NCBI GenBank assembly: GCA_964234715.1
Contig: OZ174277.1
Reading direction: 5' to 3' (one strand)
Length of the DNA stretch: 64,000 bases
From: Podarcis melisellensis
Taxonomy: Eukaryota
Shown here: piece after piece, positions 51,578 to 63,490 of the stretch
How the letters are laid out: each line of letters begins with the position of its first letter
Position numbering within the stretch: the stretch's first letter is position 1
Position numbers and translations under genes: made by a program
The notes under the pieces: generated by a model
Databases searched by the model: none
Told to the model about the DNA's origin: nothing
Seen by the model: only the letters and a program-made list of their open reading frames with translations

Positions 51578-54500
51578 GTATCCTTCTCTGTTAGTACATA
51601 AGTGGTTTCCGTTTGGCTATACAGCCTTCACTCTGCATGGGCAGAGCCAAGATTTTTAAAACTTCAGTGGTTACATAAGTGCACAGCTGGCCCAAGTAGT
51701 TGTTCTGTGTTCCCCACAATATGCATGACTTGTTTCTGCAGAAAGCTCTGAACATGGACCACAAATCATGTGAAGATATATTTAATGAATAGCAGATTTT
51801 GCAAAGCTTTTCTGTGAAAGTAGTATGAAACGATGCACCCTAAAGCAGTCCTGTGTGCACTGATATTGGAATTGGCCCCACTGAGCATAGCAAGACTTCC
51901 TTCAGAATAACTATGTTTAGGATTGCGAAGATAGACCAATTTTTTTTCTTTTTTAAATAAATGAGCTTTTCACTATGAGAAAGATAAGGCAAGTTTAAGG
52001 AAAAAACCACTTGAGTCAGGTGCCAAGCACATCCTGGTAGGAAATACAGGACATCTTACCATAATTTCAAAATATATTTTCTGCATTGTTTGTAGAGCCA
52101 AATGCAACAAATCCATAATTTTTAAAGCATATGAAACTATTAAATGCTATAACTTAATAAGTTTATGGTTTGTATATACTTCAAAAATTGATGGAATACA
52201 AACAAATTTGAATTCTTATATTTGTTACTTTTTAGGCTGGATCTAAGACCATATTGTAAACCAAGAAGCTTCTATGAGCAAAATAACTTGTGCAGATTGA
52301 GGAAATCTCCATATATTTGCCTGTTTAAATCATCTGCTCTGTTTTCACGTTCTTGTTTCTATTATTCTTACACTTGATTTATTAATCATTTCTAAAACCT
52401 TGAGGTGATTTACAAATGGAACAATAACACATAAAATGATTTTTTAAATTTTTAAAGAAGGATTTTCATTTCACGTATTATTTAGCATATCTGTGACATG
52501 TGTTATCCCTTTTCTTGTGCAATGAGATGCGTTTGTTCTTACTTCAAGTGAATTTACTGGTTGTGAGGTGCGGTGGTCAGTGCTTGAAGAATTAGAAAGA
52601 CTCATTCCTCAAGTGAATATGCTAAAAGGAAACAGCACAGTTCACTGTTTTGAGGAATTGAAGAGGGAGATTTCCCTTTCTTCTACCCATCCCAAGAGTG
52701 GGATGATTTCTCTTATAGGTGAGGGCAGATGGAAGGTGGAATCATTTTTTGTTTAGTACTGTATCTAGGCTTAACATACCACACACAGCTTTACTTTGTG
52801 GTAAAAGAATTCTGTATTTCATTGTGGCTCCTGTTTTAGAAAGCATCTTGGAAAGAGAGGATTTTTATTAGACAATGATCCGTTTTGCTCATGATCCTAT
52901 TGTTCTTCAAATCATGAGAAATGGGCTGCCATAGTGCTTTAGCAAATGAATTTTATAAAATACTTTACTGATAACCCTGAAGAATGGCAACCACCAAAAT
53001 CACAAACTAGACTTTGGCAAACTTAAATAGACTGATCCATATGTATTTGTTGTTATATATTGGAAATCAAGGAAACTGTTTATTTTAAGAAAAAGGGGAA
53101 CAAATGAAAGACTGCAGCAATTATTTAACAGGTTTTTAGATAAAAGTAAAAACTATGTGCAATAGTATTACAGGGAATTCAATACAGGAAACAGTTGTAT
53201 TTACCATTTCTTTTCAACAGTTTTTATTTGACCTCGCTTTCCCCCCATTCAATGGAGCCTCTTGGGGAAAAATATATCAATTATATATTGTGCTTTTTGT
53301 TTTGAGACCGGAAAGTAAAAGAGAGCGGGGGGGGGGGGGGGAATCTTTCGGCGTGGCCTCCAGACCCCTCTTAAAACTTATAGCCGCCCTTAAGGGCCCT
53401 GTATTTTAGTTATCATCATTTCAGTTAAAAGCTGAATGGAACTCCTTGTCACATCTATCAAACCACTACTTAATTAGGCAGAGAAGTTGCTGATGACTCC
53501 CTGTCCCTCAAGGGCTGATCTTGCCATTTCCTCAATTCTCCTAAGCAAAGAAGAGAGGCCGATGGCAGAAGCCTACCCAGGTAGAAGTTGATCAGCATGT
53601 TAAATGCAGCAAAGAGCCCACTGGACTGGCACTCACAGGGCAGAATTACAGGGTTGTTGTTGTTTTAAAAAATGTTCTGTTGAAGCACTTACATTTAGTT
53701 TGGTTTGCAATGGAGTTTCAGTGATAAGGCTGAAGCATCTCACCCAGTTTCTGATTGAGATTAGGGAAAGTAACAATTTTGCCGAGACCATAAGATAAGA
53801 AATGGCCACTTAAATCTGGTATTGGCAGAGACTGAGGATGGATGACAGGGATATATATGTATATTTAAATCTGTTTACCTGATAGAGTGCCTGGTGTTTG
53901 ACCACTCAAGTTCTTGTTTGACAAGGGCTGGGGTGGGGGAACATTTGATTAGAGACAATAGGGATTTCTCCTTGGTCAAATAGTGACAGGCCCAAGACCA
54001 TCTCCCTTCCCTCCTGGTTCAGAAGGCATTTTTCCTAATGAGACAGATCTTAATATTCCATACATGGTCATTGCTACTTTTCAGAATTGGGACAAGAACA
54101 GTGTCTGAATATTGCGGGTAGGACTACTTTAGTCAGCATTTTGTATTCTGTTTTCTTTAACTACTTCCTTTACTGGCGCTTGTCCTCTTGGGGGTCAAGT
54201 CCTCCACCAGAGGCTCAGAATCCCATTGCCTTCTGGGTGGTGCTTCTGCTGTCACACTGATTGTGGCAATTTTGAAATGCCATGCCAGTGCAGCAGCGTG
54301 AGAATGCAGGGGTGTAAGACTAAAGCCGGTTCCCTTGGGTGCACCATGGCCCTTCTACCCAAACTCAGCCTTTCTTATATTTGTACCCCGTCCACCTGAC
54401 TGAGTTGCCCCAGCCACTCTGGGCTGCTTCCAACAGAAGAAGATGGGCTCCCTTAAGAAGCATTCAGAGTCAAAGAGCAAGATCTTCCCAGAGAGCAAAT

Positions 54501-54619
54501 TGCCTTGCAAAAGCTCCAGTTCATGGTTAAATTGCTTCAACACTAAGCCTGCAGTAATTTCAGTACTTTTCTAGGCTCTTTATGCTCCAGCTGTTCATTT
54601 TTTAGCACAAGTGGGGGTG

Positions 54620-55330
54620 CTCTTTTTTATTTTAAGGGAAACTGCCCAGGAAGGGCTGCTTCCCTTAATACATCTTATGACTTCATAATTAATTCTGACC
54701 ACCCCAATTTGGTAGACTAATCATTAAAGGTTCTTAACCCGGCTCACCGTGAGAAGTCTCAAATTACTTAGCAAGATGTGAGCCTCTCTTTTAGCCCTTC
54801 TCAGTGGGTTTGTTTGTTTGTTTGTGTACACACGACTTCCATTAGGAGAGAGAGAGCAGATCTAAATTGAAATTCAAGCTGTATTAATGTTGGAGAAATG
54901 TTGCTGTTCACATTGGTACACAAATATGTTGAAGTGTAAATAGTTTCTTATTGAAGGGTATTCTGTCACCTTTATTACCCAATTAAGGTCAGATTAATTC
55001 AGTAAACAGTAACAGTTCTTATCCTTAATAGGCAAATTACAGCCTGATTCTTAACAAGTACATTACTGCAAGTCTTCTAGTGCTGAAGCAGCAGGGCCAA
55101 GGCCCTATTCTGCACACTTGCTCATTGTCTCTTATGGCATTGTTTGGCTTAGCCTTGTGGCATAGGGGATTCATATTTGTAAAACTCGGGATTCTTTTTT
55201 CTTTTTCTTTTTCAAAACCTTTACTACAATAACTCGGGGCATATTAACTTTGTGATCCAGTAACTATAATACTCATCTGAATGAGTTTACGCATCTGAAA
55301 GAGTAGGTAAGAGTATTAGTCAAGAGATAA
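54620..55330. promoter_or_regulatory. Candidate conserved developmental enhancer
   Basis: Repeat-free and dense in TAAT/ATTA homeodomain cores; EHBP1 lies next to OTX1 in vertebrates; conservation not verified. Confidence 0.4.
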
Positions 55331-55786
55331 ACATGGGAGTATTATCCTATAGGCATGTGCCAAATAAATGTTTCTCACAGTGTTCTCAGAACCTTTGATA
55401 GGAGCAAATGCAGGCTGAAATCCTACACAGAGTTTAAAAAAATAGATCTATTACTTCAAAGTAGTATGAGATTGAGTCAAAAATGTATTTGAAGTGTACC
55501 TTTTCATTACTGAAAAACTACTGGTACAATCCATTGGTGTGCTATCTTGGCTTTCATTTGTCTTTCCCCCCGACAAACATTTTTTCCTTGTCAGTCTTAA
55601 ATCATAAGTACCGGTAAGTTGTTTAAACATGATGTTACTACATGACTTTCTTATGGTATCAGTCTCCATTCATTTCAAAATGGTGGAGCTGTGTATCAGA
55701 TTATCCTCTGGAGCATGTTCTTCAAACTGGCCTTTCCCTCCTTGTCTACCAATGCAGACAAGTAGAGAGTTGTGCTGAGCTTAAGG

Positions 55787-55993
55787 CAGTGGCGGAGATA
55801 GCTGCTCCGGCACCTGGAACGGCGCACATGCTATGTACCCGGGGGCGGGGCTAGCTGCCCTCAGGGGCAGGGGAAGCATCCTGGGAGGGGGCAGCCATGG
55901 CAAGTGTCCCATGGGGGGGCGGCAATGTCATCCCCCTCAGGGATGACACCCAGGGCTAGCTGCATGCACTGCACCCCCCTTCCTCTGCCAGTG
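55787..55993. mobile_element. hAT-like MITE
   Basis: cagtggcggag...ctctgccagtg; 8-bp TSD gcttaagg/ggttaagg. Confidence 0.8.
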
Positions 55994-56115
55994 GGTTAAG
56001 GTATGCATAGATCTTGAAGTTTGGGTGAATATATGAACCCATGTACAGATCCTCTTCCCCACACCAAAATTAAACCAGCCAGAGAACCATGGTTACATGC
56101 TGGGTAGGTGGAGGG

Positions 56116-56118
56116 TTT

Positions 56119-56190
<72 letters not shown>
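56116..56190. repeat. (TTTC)n microsatellite
   Basis: Seen directly. Confidence 0.97.
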
Positions 56191-56276
56191 AGATGGTTCT
56201 GCATTGGGTGCTGGAGAAGGAGGTGTTGTTCTTTTTGAAAGAAAGCATACACACCCAAGCACATAGTCATATAGAC

Positions 56277-56399
56277 TAAGGTTACCAGACGTCCTCGTTT
56301 CCTGGGGACAGTCCCCAGATTTACAAATCAGTCCCCATACAAAATCCGTTGAAGTTGAAAAGTGTCCCCGGATTCATTGAAAAAAATCTGGTATCCTTG
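56277..56399. mobile_element. hAT MITE, same family as 43072, inverted
   Basis: taaggttaccaga...tctggtatccttg; TSD atatagac/gtatagac. Confidence 0.92.
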
Positions 56400-56407
56400 G
56401 TATAGAC

Positions 56408-56879
56408 CAGGGGTCAGCAACCCGCAGCTCCGGAGCCGCATGTGGCTCCGGGGCGGATACTAGCGAGGGGAGGAGGTGCATTGTGCGCCCCGACACTCCC
56501 ACTGTGGCGGGCGCTGTACTGGCTGTGACATCACACAGGGGCGGTGCGTGCGTTAGTCACGCACCGTCCCAATGTCACCTTCCCGCCCGCCCGCTACATT
56601 GTAAGGGGCATGTACGCTGGTCACTGCATTGAAAGGGGGCATGTACGCTGGTCACTGTTTTGAAGGGGAGTGAAGAACACACACACAAAAAAAGGTAACT
56701 TGTTAATTTAACGTTTATTTCTATGAGGAGGAGTAATTCTGAGGGGTCAAACAAAGAAATAATTTTAAAAAGTGACAAAAAAGTTATTTTTATAATGACG
56801 AGTTTTGCAGCTCCCAGTTTTTTCTCCTTCAGAAACGGGTCCAAGTGGCTCTTTTTGTCTTAAAGGTTGCAGACCCCTG
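56408..56879. mobile_element. hAT-Charlie-like MITE
   Basis: caggggtcagcaacc...ggttgcagacccctg; perfect TSD gtatagac. Confidence 0.93.
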
Positions 56880-56887
56880 GTATAGAC

Positions 56888-57560
56888 AAAGTAAAAAAAA
56901 GTCTTGTGGAACCTTAAAAACTAACTTGAGTATTATACCATAAACTTGTGTGTACTGCAGTGTAGTCCATCAGATACATGAAATGTTACCCTGAGTTACA
57001 GCTGTATGGGGGATAGGAAAGAATTGTAAACCAAGAGCTCAAAAGGAAATTGAATACAGAAAGTAAAAAATGGTTCTAATTACATTATTAACAGTGGCCA
57101 TTTAAGGGAGTGAGAGAAACAGTTGTTGATAAGGCAGACATCCTGACATCTGGTGTGATTTTTTAATAGTAGAAATAATAGTAATAATAGCATTGAACCT
57201 TCTAATACATTGTCGGTCTCCTGACATTCCTTTGCTCTGGGAATGGCCATTCTTACCGAGTGTTCTTGGAGATTGAAATATTGCCCTACTGGTTTTTGAA
57301 TATTGCCATTCCTCCTTTCAAATTTGTTTCTGTTGATTCTTTTGTATATAGAGAATAGACTGTTTGTCCTGCACAGAATGCGTAATGACATTGCTAGCAT
57401 AGCACTGTAAAATGAGCAGGCAAATGAACCTCTGATGTTGTGGATTACATTATTAGATCCTATATTAGGTGTTGTCAGAGTAGACATGGGTACAAAGTTG
57501 GCACCTTGGGTCATCCACAGAGACCCTCTGGGAATACCATAACATTTTAATAGCACCAAA
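56888..57560 (-). mobile_element. Decayed Penelope-like element (GIY-YIG endonuclease region)
   Basis: ORF 57080..57559 ...HNIRGSFACS...KRINRNKFERRNGNIQKPVGQYFNLQEHS. Confidence 0.85.
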
Positions 57561-58254
57561 GCCTGAAGATGGATTTTATGAATGGGGCTAAATCATACAG
57601 TAGTATTTTCTCATTTGAAAGTTCTTGTTGTTGTTTAGATAGTTTATTGTATTGAAACTATGTTTTTTGCACAATTAAAACTGATGAAAAATATAACCAT
57701 AATGTAATAACTTAATCAAGATTATCAGATGGGAAATGGTCCTAGATCATTAGTGCATTTTTATAAAGAAAGGAGAATGCAGTCCTCAAACACTTGCAGC
57801 CGTATTGCGCATCAGCATAACTCCAGGGTGATGAAAGCAACATAACTACTGTCTGTTCTTAGGTATTTGAACACTGTCTGCAAGAGTCTTTTACATTCAT
57901 TCAGGGTGTGTCTCAGCCCCAAGGTCCAATTTCAAGCTATAATTAATCTTTTCATAAGGGCAAGATTAATTAGAGCACCATTTTTGCAGGGATACAATTA
58001 TGTTTGCTTCTGAAATTTACCAACCTAAAATTGATACTGCAGCACTGCAAGTATTAAGAGAAGGCGTGCCTTACCCTGAAGATCTGTCCAGTTTTATACA
58101 CCCGTCCTCTGTACCAAGAGACGTCTGCTGAGGGAAACAGGTAGAACAACATGGGTTTCAAGGTGTCAGCAGATCTGGACTTCTATCATACTGAAATGAG
58201 CTTAAGTATCTTGATGGATTTTATTGCTCTTGTGGCTATAAATGTGAGTTTTAT

Positions 58255-58603
58255 GTAAAAGTAAAGGGACCCCTGACTGTTAGGTCCAGTCGCAGACGAC
58301 TCTGGGGTTGCTGCACTCATCTCGCTTTACGGGCCAAGGGAGCCGGCATACAGCTTCAGGGTCATGTGGCTAGCATGACTAAGCAGCTTCTGGCGAACCA
58401 GAGCATCACACAGAAACGCTGTTTACCTTCCCGTTGGAGCGGTACCTATTTATCTACTTGCACTTTGACATGCTTTGGAACTGCTAGGTGGGCAGAAGCA
58501 GGGAGCGAGCAATGGGAGCGCATCCCGTCGCGGGGATTCGAACCGCCAACCTTCTGATCAGCAAGCCCTAGGCTCTGTGGTTTATACCACAGAGCCACCC
58601 GTG
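58255..58603 (-). mobile_element. Sauria SINE, near full length
   Basis: gtaaagggacccctgac...taggctctgtggtttataccacagagccacccg. Confidence 0.92.
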
Positions 58604-58839
58604 TTTTATATAGTGTGTATTAAATGTGTATTTTATATCTGAAATATGCCTAGAAAAATGTCTTGAAGAACTATCAAAATAGATCTATTGAAAAATCAGG
58701 TTCCTTTTAGTTTCTGTATTCCAACTGTACTGTAACAAAAACGGTACCCCTTATCAGAAGTTCTGCCTACTTTTTGAGCTAAAAGACAGTGTAGCCCAGA
58801 GGTAAACAACCTTCCCTCCTCTTCTGCCCCACACCACTC

Positions 58840-60031
58840 AGAGTGTGATTGGAGTCATCTCACTCAGCTGCTTTCCCCATGTCTGAAGACCTCATAGCTA
58901 AGAATCCCCTTTACTGCGGAAACCTGGAGTTGCCTAAATGGGTCATTATATATATTATTATAACTTAAGCAGGTATCATCTAAGCCCTTAAGCCCTCTAG
59001 CAGGTGATTATATGTACCGATTATATATATCTATACAATGGATTGCTTTGATGTCCATTGGCTAACAAGTTGTTATTGATCTTCCCTCCACACCTCCCTT
59101 TTAATTAATTTTCTTTTTCTCAGGTTGTACTTCCATTCTCTTTGTTGCCTTGGTATTTCCCGATACCATCCCTGTTTTCCCCCTGCATCTCTCCACATCG
59201 AATATAGCCCGCTTGTTCTTTGCGTGCCTTTGGAGAACAGCGTACCAATGGGGGCAATGGCTAGTGTGGTAATGCAGAGCTGCCCTACCGAAACCAGCAT
59301 CACTGGACTGCGCAGGGTGGTGGCAAGGTTGGAGCTGAGTGGACATGTCCTTACTGAGCTTCAGGTGTCTGGTCAAAACTGTTTTATTTTCTTAGGCCTT
59401 TGCAGCTTGAATGCTTCTCATATATTTTACTACATATTATGCATACTCTTGAGCTGTGTATGAATGCTTCAACCACATAGACAAGAAAAGTCATGTGAAT
59501 CTTACCCCACCAAGGGGTGGGGTACAAATTCTGTGGGTAAGGCCCACATTGTTGCAGCATCACATTTAGCCACCTGCGCTGTGGAATTGCACCACAGAAA
59601 AATTTATCCTATGTAGCTGCATGTGAAGTGTATCACTATGATGAGGAAAGCGTTCCTGATTTCAAAGAATCCTGCTCCACTCTGAAGGCACGTCTTCATT
59701 TCCTCTTTGATGCTATAGAAAAGCACTTGAACATGGGCATCAAACTGACATAACTGGTGACTGAAAGGGAGAGTTTCATATTCTCAGACTTAGGTGTCTG
59801 GTGGTAGCAGGCCAAATGGCTGTGTGGCAAATATAGCAGACTGTATGGTAGAGCTGCTAAAGGCTGTGCTCTGGTCAATTTTCTCATACACAGCAGGAAG
59901 GGGTGGTGCTGTCCAGGCTGTTTTGCCATTTTTATGTCCCGTATGAAATCTGCTTGAAGGTGACTCTGGCCACAGATTTTAGCTTTTTCTGCTCTGTCTC
60001 TTGATATCAGGACCAGATTCCCCACTTACAG
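58840..60031 (+). repeat. Direct segmental duplicate, copy 2 (of 684-1875)
   Basis: As for copy 1; this copy lacks the SINE at the right junction. Confidence 0.97.
59124..59364 (+). CDS. Candidate EHBP1 alternative first coding exon (ATG 59248): MGAMASVVMQSCPTETSITGLRRVVARLELSGHVLTELQ
   Basis: Strong acceptor ttttctttttctcag|, CAG|gtgtct phase-0 donor, non-repeat sequence, located in the phase-0 intron before the CH-domain exons; no expression evidence. Confidence 0.5.
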
Positions 60032-60156
60032 ATGGCTGCCTAATTTGGTGGTACTGAATTTAAATTATTATTTTTAAGCTGCTGAAGTCTACATAATTAG
60101 TAGCATTCTCACACAGCTAGTTTGTGGTTGTTATTCTAGTTTACATTAAGTATTTA

Positions 60157-60414
60157 CTGTATTTTTTGCTCTATAAGACTCACTTTTTCCCTCCTAAAAA
60201 GTAAGGGAAGTGTGTGTGCGTCTTATGGAGCGAATGCAGGCTGCGCAGCTATCCCAGAAGCCAGAACAGCAAGAGGGATTGCTGCTTTCGCTGCGCAGCG
60301 ATCCCTCTTGCTGTTCTGGCTTCTGAGATTCAGAATATTTTTTTTCTTGTTTTCCTCCTCCAAAAACTAGGTGCCTCTTGTGGTCTGGTGCGTCTTATAG
60401 AGCGAAAAATACGG
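60157..60414. mobile_element. pogo/Tigger-like MITE with an internal palindrome
   Basis: TA-ctgtattttttgctctataagac...gtcttatagagcgaaaaatacgg-TA. Confidence 0.92.
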
Positions 60415-61508
60415 TATTTTGCATTTTTGTTCCTTGATTCACTTCTTTGGAATAAGATGTATTTCCCCCCTGACAAGAGAAGAAAAAGAAAATGTACATA
60501 TTATTTAAGTCCTCTATCATGCTGAGATGATGGTGGACTTGTGGGGAGGGGGAGAATCCAAACAAAAATGAAAAGTATTCTTTACTTATCTGGGAGCAGT
60601 CCTTGCTGCTGTTGAGCAGCTGCAGCGCTTCTAATATTTTTAGCCATGTCTGATCAGAAGTAAGTGCTACTCAATTCATTAGGGTGTACTCCCAGGTAAA
60701 TGGGGTCAGGATTCCTGCTGGGTAAAATAGGGACAGTTAGCTTCAAGAAGGTAGGCATATTTTTCATGCTTTTCTAACTACACAACAGTTGGTTTACTTG
60801 CAACAGCTTTTTCTGAATGAAGTGATTATGTGTTTAGGAAGAGAATAATATTGTGGAGAAAGAAAAACATGATGATGTTACTAATTACAGAACAGCCTGT
60901 AATGGGGAGGGGAGGAGAAGAAGAATGAATTGTGTCGTACACTGCAGGAAGCAAACAGCAATGGAACAGAAAGAGCCCCTTCTTCAATGAATATGTGTCA
61001 GGGTGGAAACTGACATTTTAGCAAACGGAAGTGTTCTTTTGTTTAGGGATAGTTTGCAAACCCATGCTACAGTTTTGTCTAGCTTATATATTCACTATAT
61101 TCATCCTTAGGACACTATACTTTTGACAAATTAAGATTTACTAACCAAGACCAAAGTCAGACCCTAGAGTCTGATGACGTTGATTAGATATAAGCACATA
61201 ATAACTCTGTGCAGCTTATATTTGGAAATACTAATGCTTACCCTGATACTATTGCAAAATGTTAGGTAGGCTCTGTTGACACCAGCTGAGAACAAATGGT
61301 ACCTACTGTGGATGCAGAGAACCAAGTTATACTGCTTTTAGAGAGCAGTATAAAATAACTTGTCAATCAAAAGCTTAGTGCCCCAGAGTCTACTACTACT
61401 GCTGTTATTATTATTACTACTACTATTATTGTTATATATATATTCAAACTTTTTTCGTGACAGAGACTCAAGGTGCTTTACAGATAAGAGCAGAGAAAAA
61501 TATCAGTG

Positions 61509-61772
61509 CAGTGGTGCCCCGCAAGACGAATGCCTCGCAAAACGAAAAACGCGCAAGACGAAAGGGTTTTTCGGTTTTTGCGTCGCTTCGCAAGACGAAT
61601 TTCCCTATGGGCCTGCTTCGCAAGATGAAAACGTCTTGCAAGTTTGTTCGCTTTTTTCCTAAAGCCACTTGAAGAGGCGCAGTTGCGACGGACCGTGCTT
61701 CGCAAGACGAAAAACATTGCAAGACGAAAAGACTCGCGGAATGAATTATTTTCGTCTTGCGAGGCACCACTG
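61509..61772 (+). mobile_element. Tc1/mariner MITE, 'gcaagacgaa' family, short form
   Basis: Same TIRs as 17580. Confidence 0.92.
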
Positions 61773-61794
61773 TAGATAGATAGATATAGATATA

Positions 61795-62970
61795 CAGTGG
61801 TACCTTGGGATGCGAACGGGATCCCTTCCGGAGCCCCATTCGCATCCTGAACGCAACGTAAGCTGCGATGGCGCGCCTGTGTGTGTGTGCGAGTCACATT
61901 TTGCTGCTTCCGCGCATGCGTGTGACGTCATTTTGAGCATCTCCACATGCGCGAGTGGTGAAACCCGGAAGTACAGTGGTGCCCCGCAAGACGAATGCCT
62001 CGCAAGATGAAAAACCCGCAAGACGAAAGGGTTTTTCAGTTTTTGCGTCGCTTCGCTAGACGATTTTCCCTATGGGCTTGCTTCGCAAGAAGAAAGCCCA
62101 TAGGGAAATCTCTGGGGACCTCTTTTAAATGCTGGCGGTGGGGAGCAATGCCTTCCCCCCCCCTCTGGCCTTCAGAATAGGTCCAGGAAGGCTGACGGGG
62201 GCCGAAAGGCTTTGCTCCCCACCGCCAGCATTTTAAAAGCGGTCCGGGATAGCAGGGAAGCGCTTCCCGCTATTCCGGACGGCTTTTGAAGGCAGACGGG
62301 GGGGAGAAAAAACTTTTGCCCCCTGCCGGCCTTCAGAAGATGTCCTGGACCTCTTCTGAAGGCCGGCGGGGGGCAAAAGTCTTTGCTCCCCCCTGCCTGC
62401 CTTCCCGGGAGAGCGGAGAAACGTGCTGCGATTCTCCGCTCTCCCGGACGGCTTTTGAAGGCAGGCGGGGGGAGCAAAGACTTTCGTCCTGGACCTCTTC
62501 TGAAGGCCAGCGGGGGGCGAAAGTCTTTGCTCCCCCCCCGCCTGCCTTCCCGGGGGCTTTAAAATCGCCCCGGGACAGCGGAGGACTCCGCTGTCCCGGG
62601 GCGATTTTAAAATGCTGGCAGGCAGCAGCACTGCCGCCCGCCAGGATTTTAAGATCGCCCGGGACAGCGGAGAATTCTCCGCTGTCCCGGGAAGGCAGGC
62701 GGGGTGGAAGCAAAGACTTTCTCCCCCCGCCGGCCTTCAGAAGAGGTCGGGGGACAGACAGTCCCCGGACCTGGTCTGATGGCGGTTTCCATAGGAACGC
62801 ATTGATTGATTTTCAATGCATTCCTATGGAAATAGCAAGACGAAAAACTCGCAAGATGAAAAGACTTGTGGAACGAATTAATTTCGTCTTGCGAGGCACC
62901 ACTGTAACACGCTCCATTTCTTCCTGGTTGCCACGGAGCGCAACTCGAACGCACTCAACCTGAAGCACAT
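61795..62970. mobile_element. Tigger-like MITE acting as host to a nested element; right end lost
   Basis: TA-cagtggtaccttgggatgcgaac...ccggaagTA[insert]acacgctcc... Confidence 0.8.
61974..62904 (+). mobile_element. Tc1/mariner MITE, 'gcaagacgaa' family, long form with GC-rich internal repeats
   Basis: TIRs identical to 17580, TA TSD, 931 bp. Confidence 0.93.
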
Positions 62971-62971
62971 T

Positions 62972-63490
62972 CCTTTTTAAAAAAAATAATAATATTTATT
63001 ATTTTTAAACCTTATAAAAAAGAAGAAGAGAAGAAGAAGAAGAAAGAAGCAAAAGAAAGAAAATACAATACAATACAATATATAAACAATACACAACGCA
63101 ACATTAACACATTAGACTAAACAAAACAAAGCAAAAACAATTTAAAAACATACATCATACCATTTCAATGCCCTATCTTTCATTCCCTCGTTTCATCGAC
63201 CTCCTCTCACCTCCCTTTTTGTATTCCACTTCTGTTAATTGTTTCAACAATTCCTTTCCATCTTTCTCTATTTTCTGTCATATAATTTTCTTAACTTATT
63301 TTAACCTTATTTTCCATTAATACTATAATACTTATTTGTGCTCAACTCCTTATAACATTTCTACTAAAGCCATATAATTTCATTCCAACATTATTCTAAT
63401 ACTCATTAATTTTACAGTATTTCTATAAATAAACTTTAAACTTTTTCCAATCTCCTTCCACCGTCTCTTCTCCCTGGTCTCGGATTCTGC
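62972..63490 (-). mobile_element. 5'-truncated copy with the same L1 3' end as 36622-37201
   Basis: Colinear with 36622-37201 (ctccctttttgtattccacttct...cggattctgc). Confidence 0.9.

Noticed and set aside
55996-56270. KKER-repeat ORFs; also the poly-Ser ORF at 8568 and the poly-Leu ORF at 61360
   Set aside because: Translations of microsatellites
62286-62963. Longest ORF in the track (225 aa) and overlapping ORFs
   Set aside because: They lie in GC-rich internal repeats of a MITE; stop-poor by composition, with no transposase motifs
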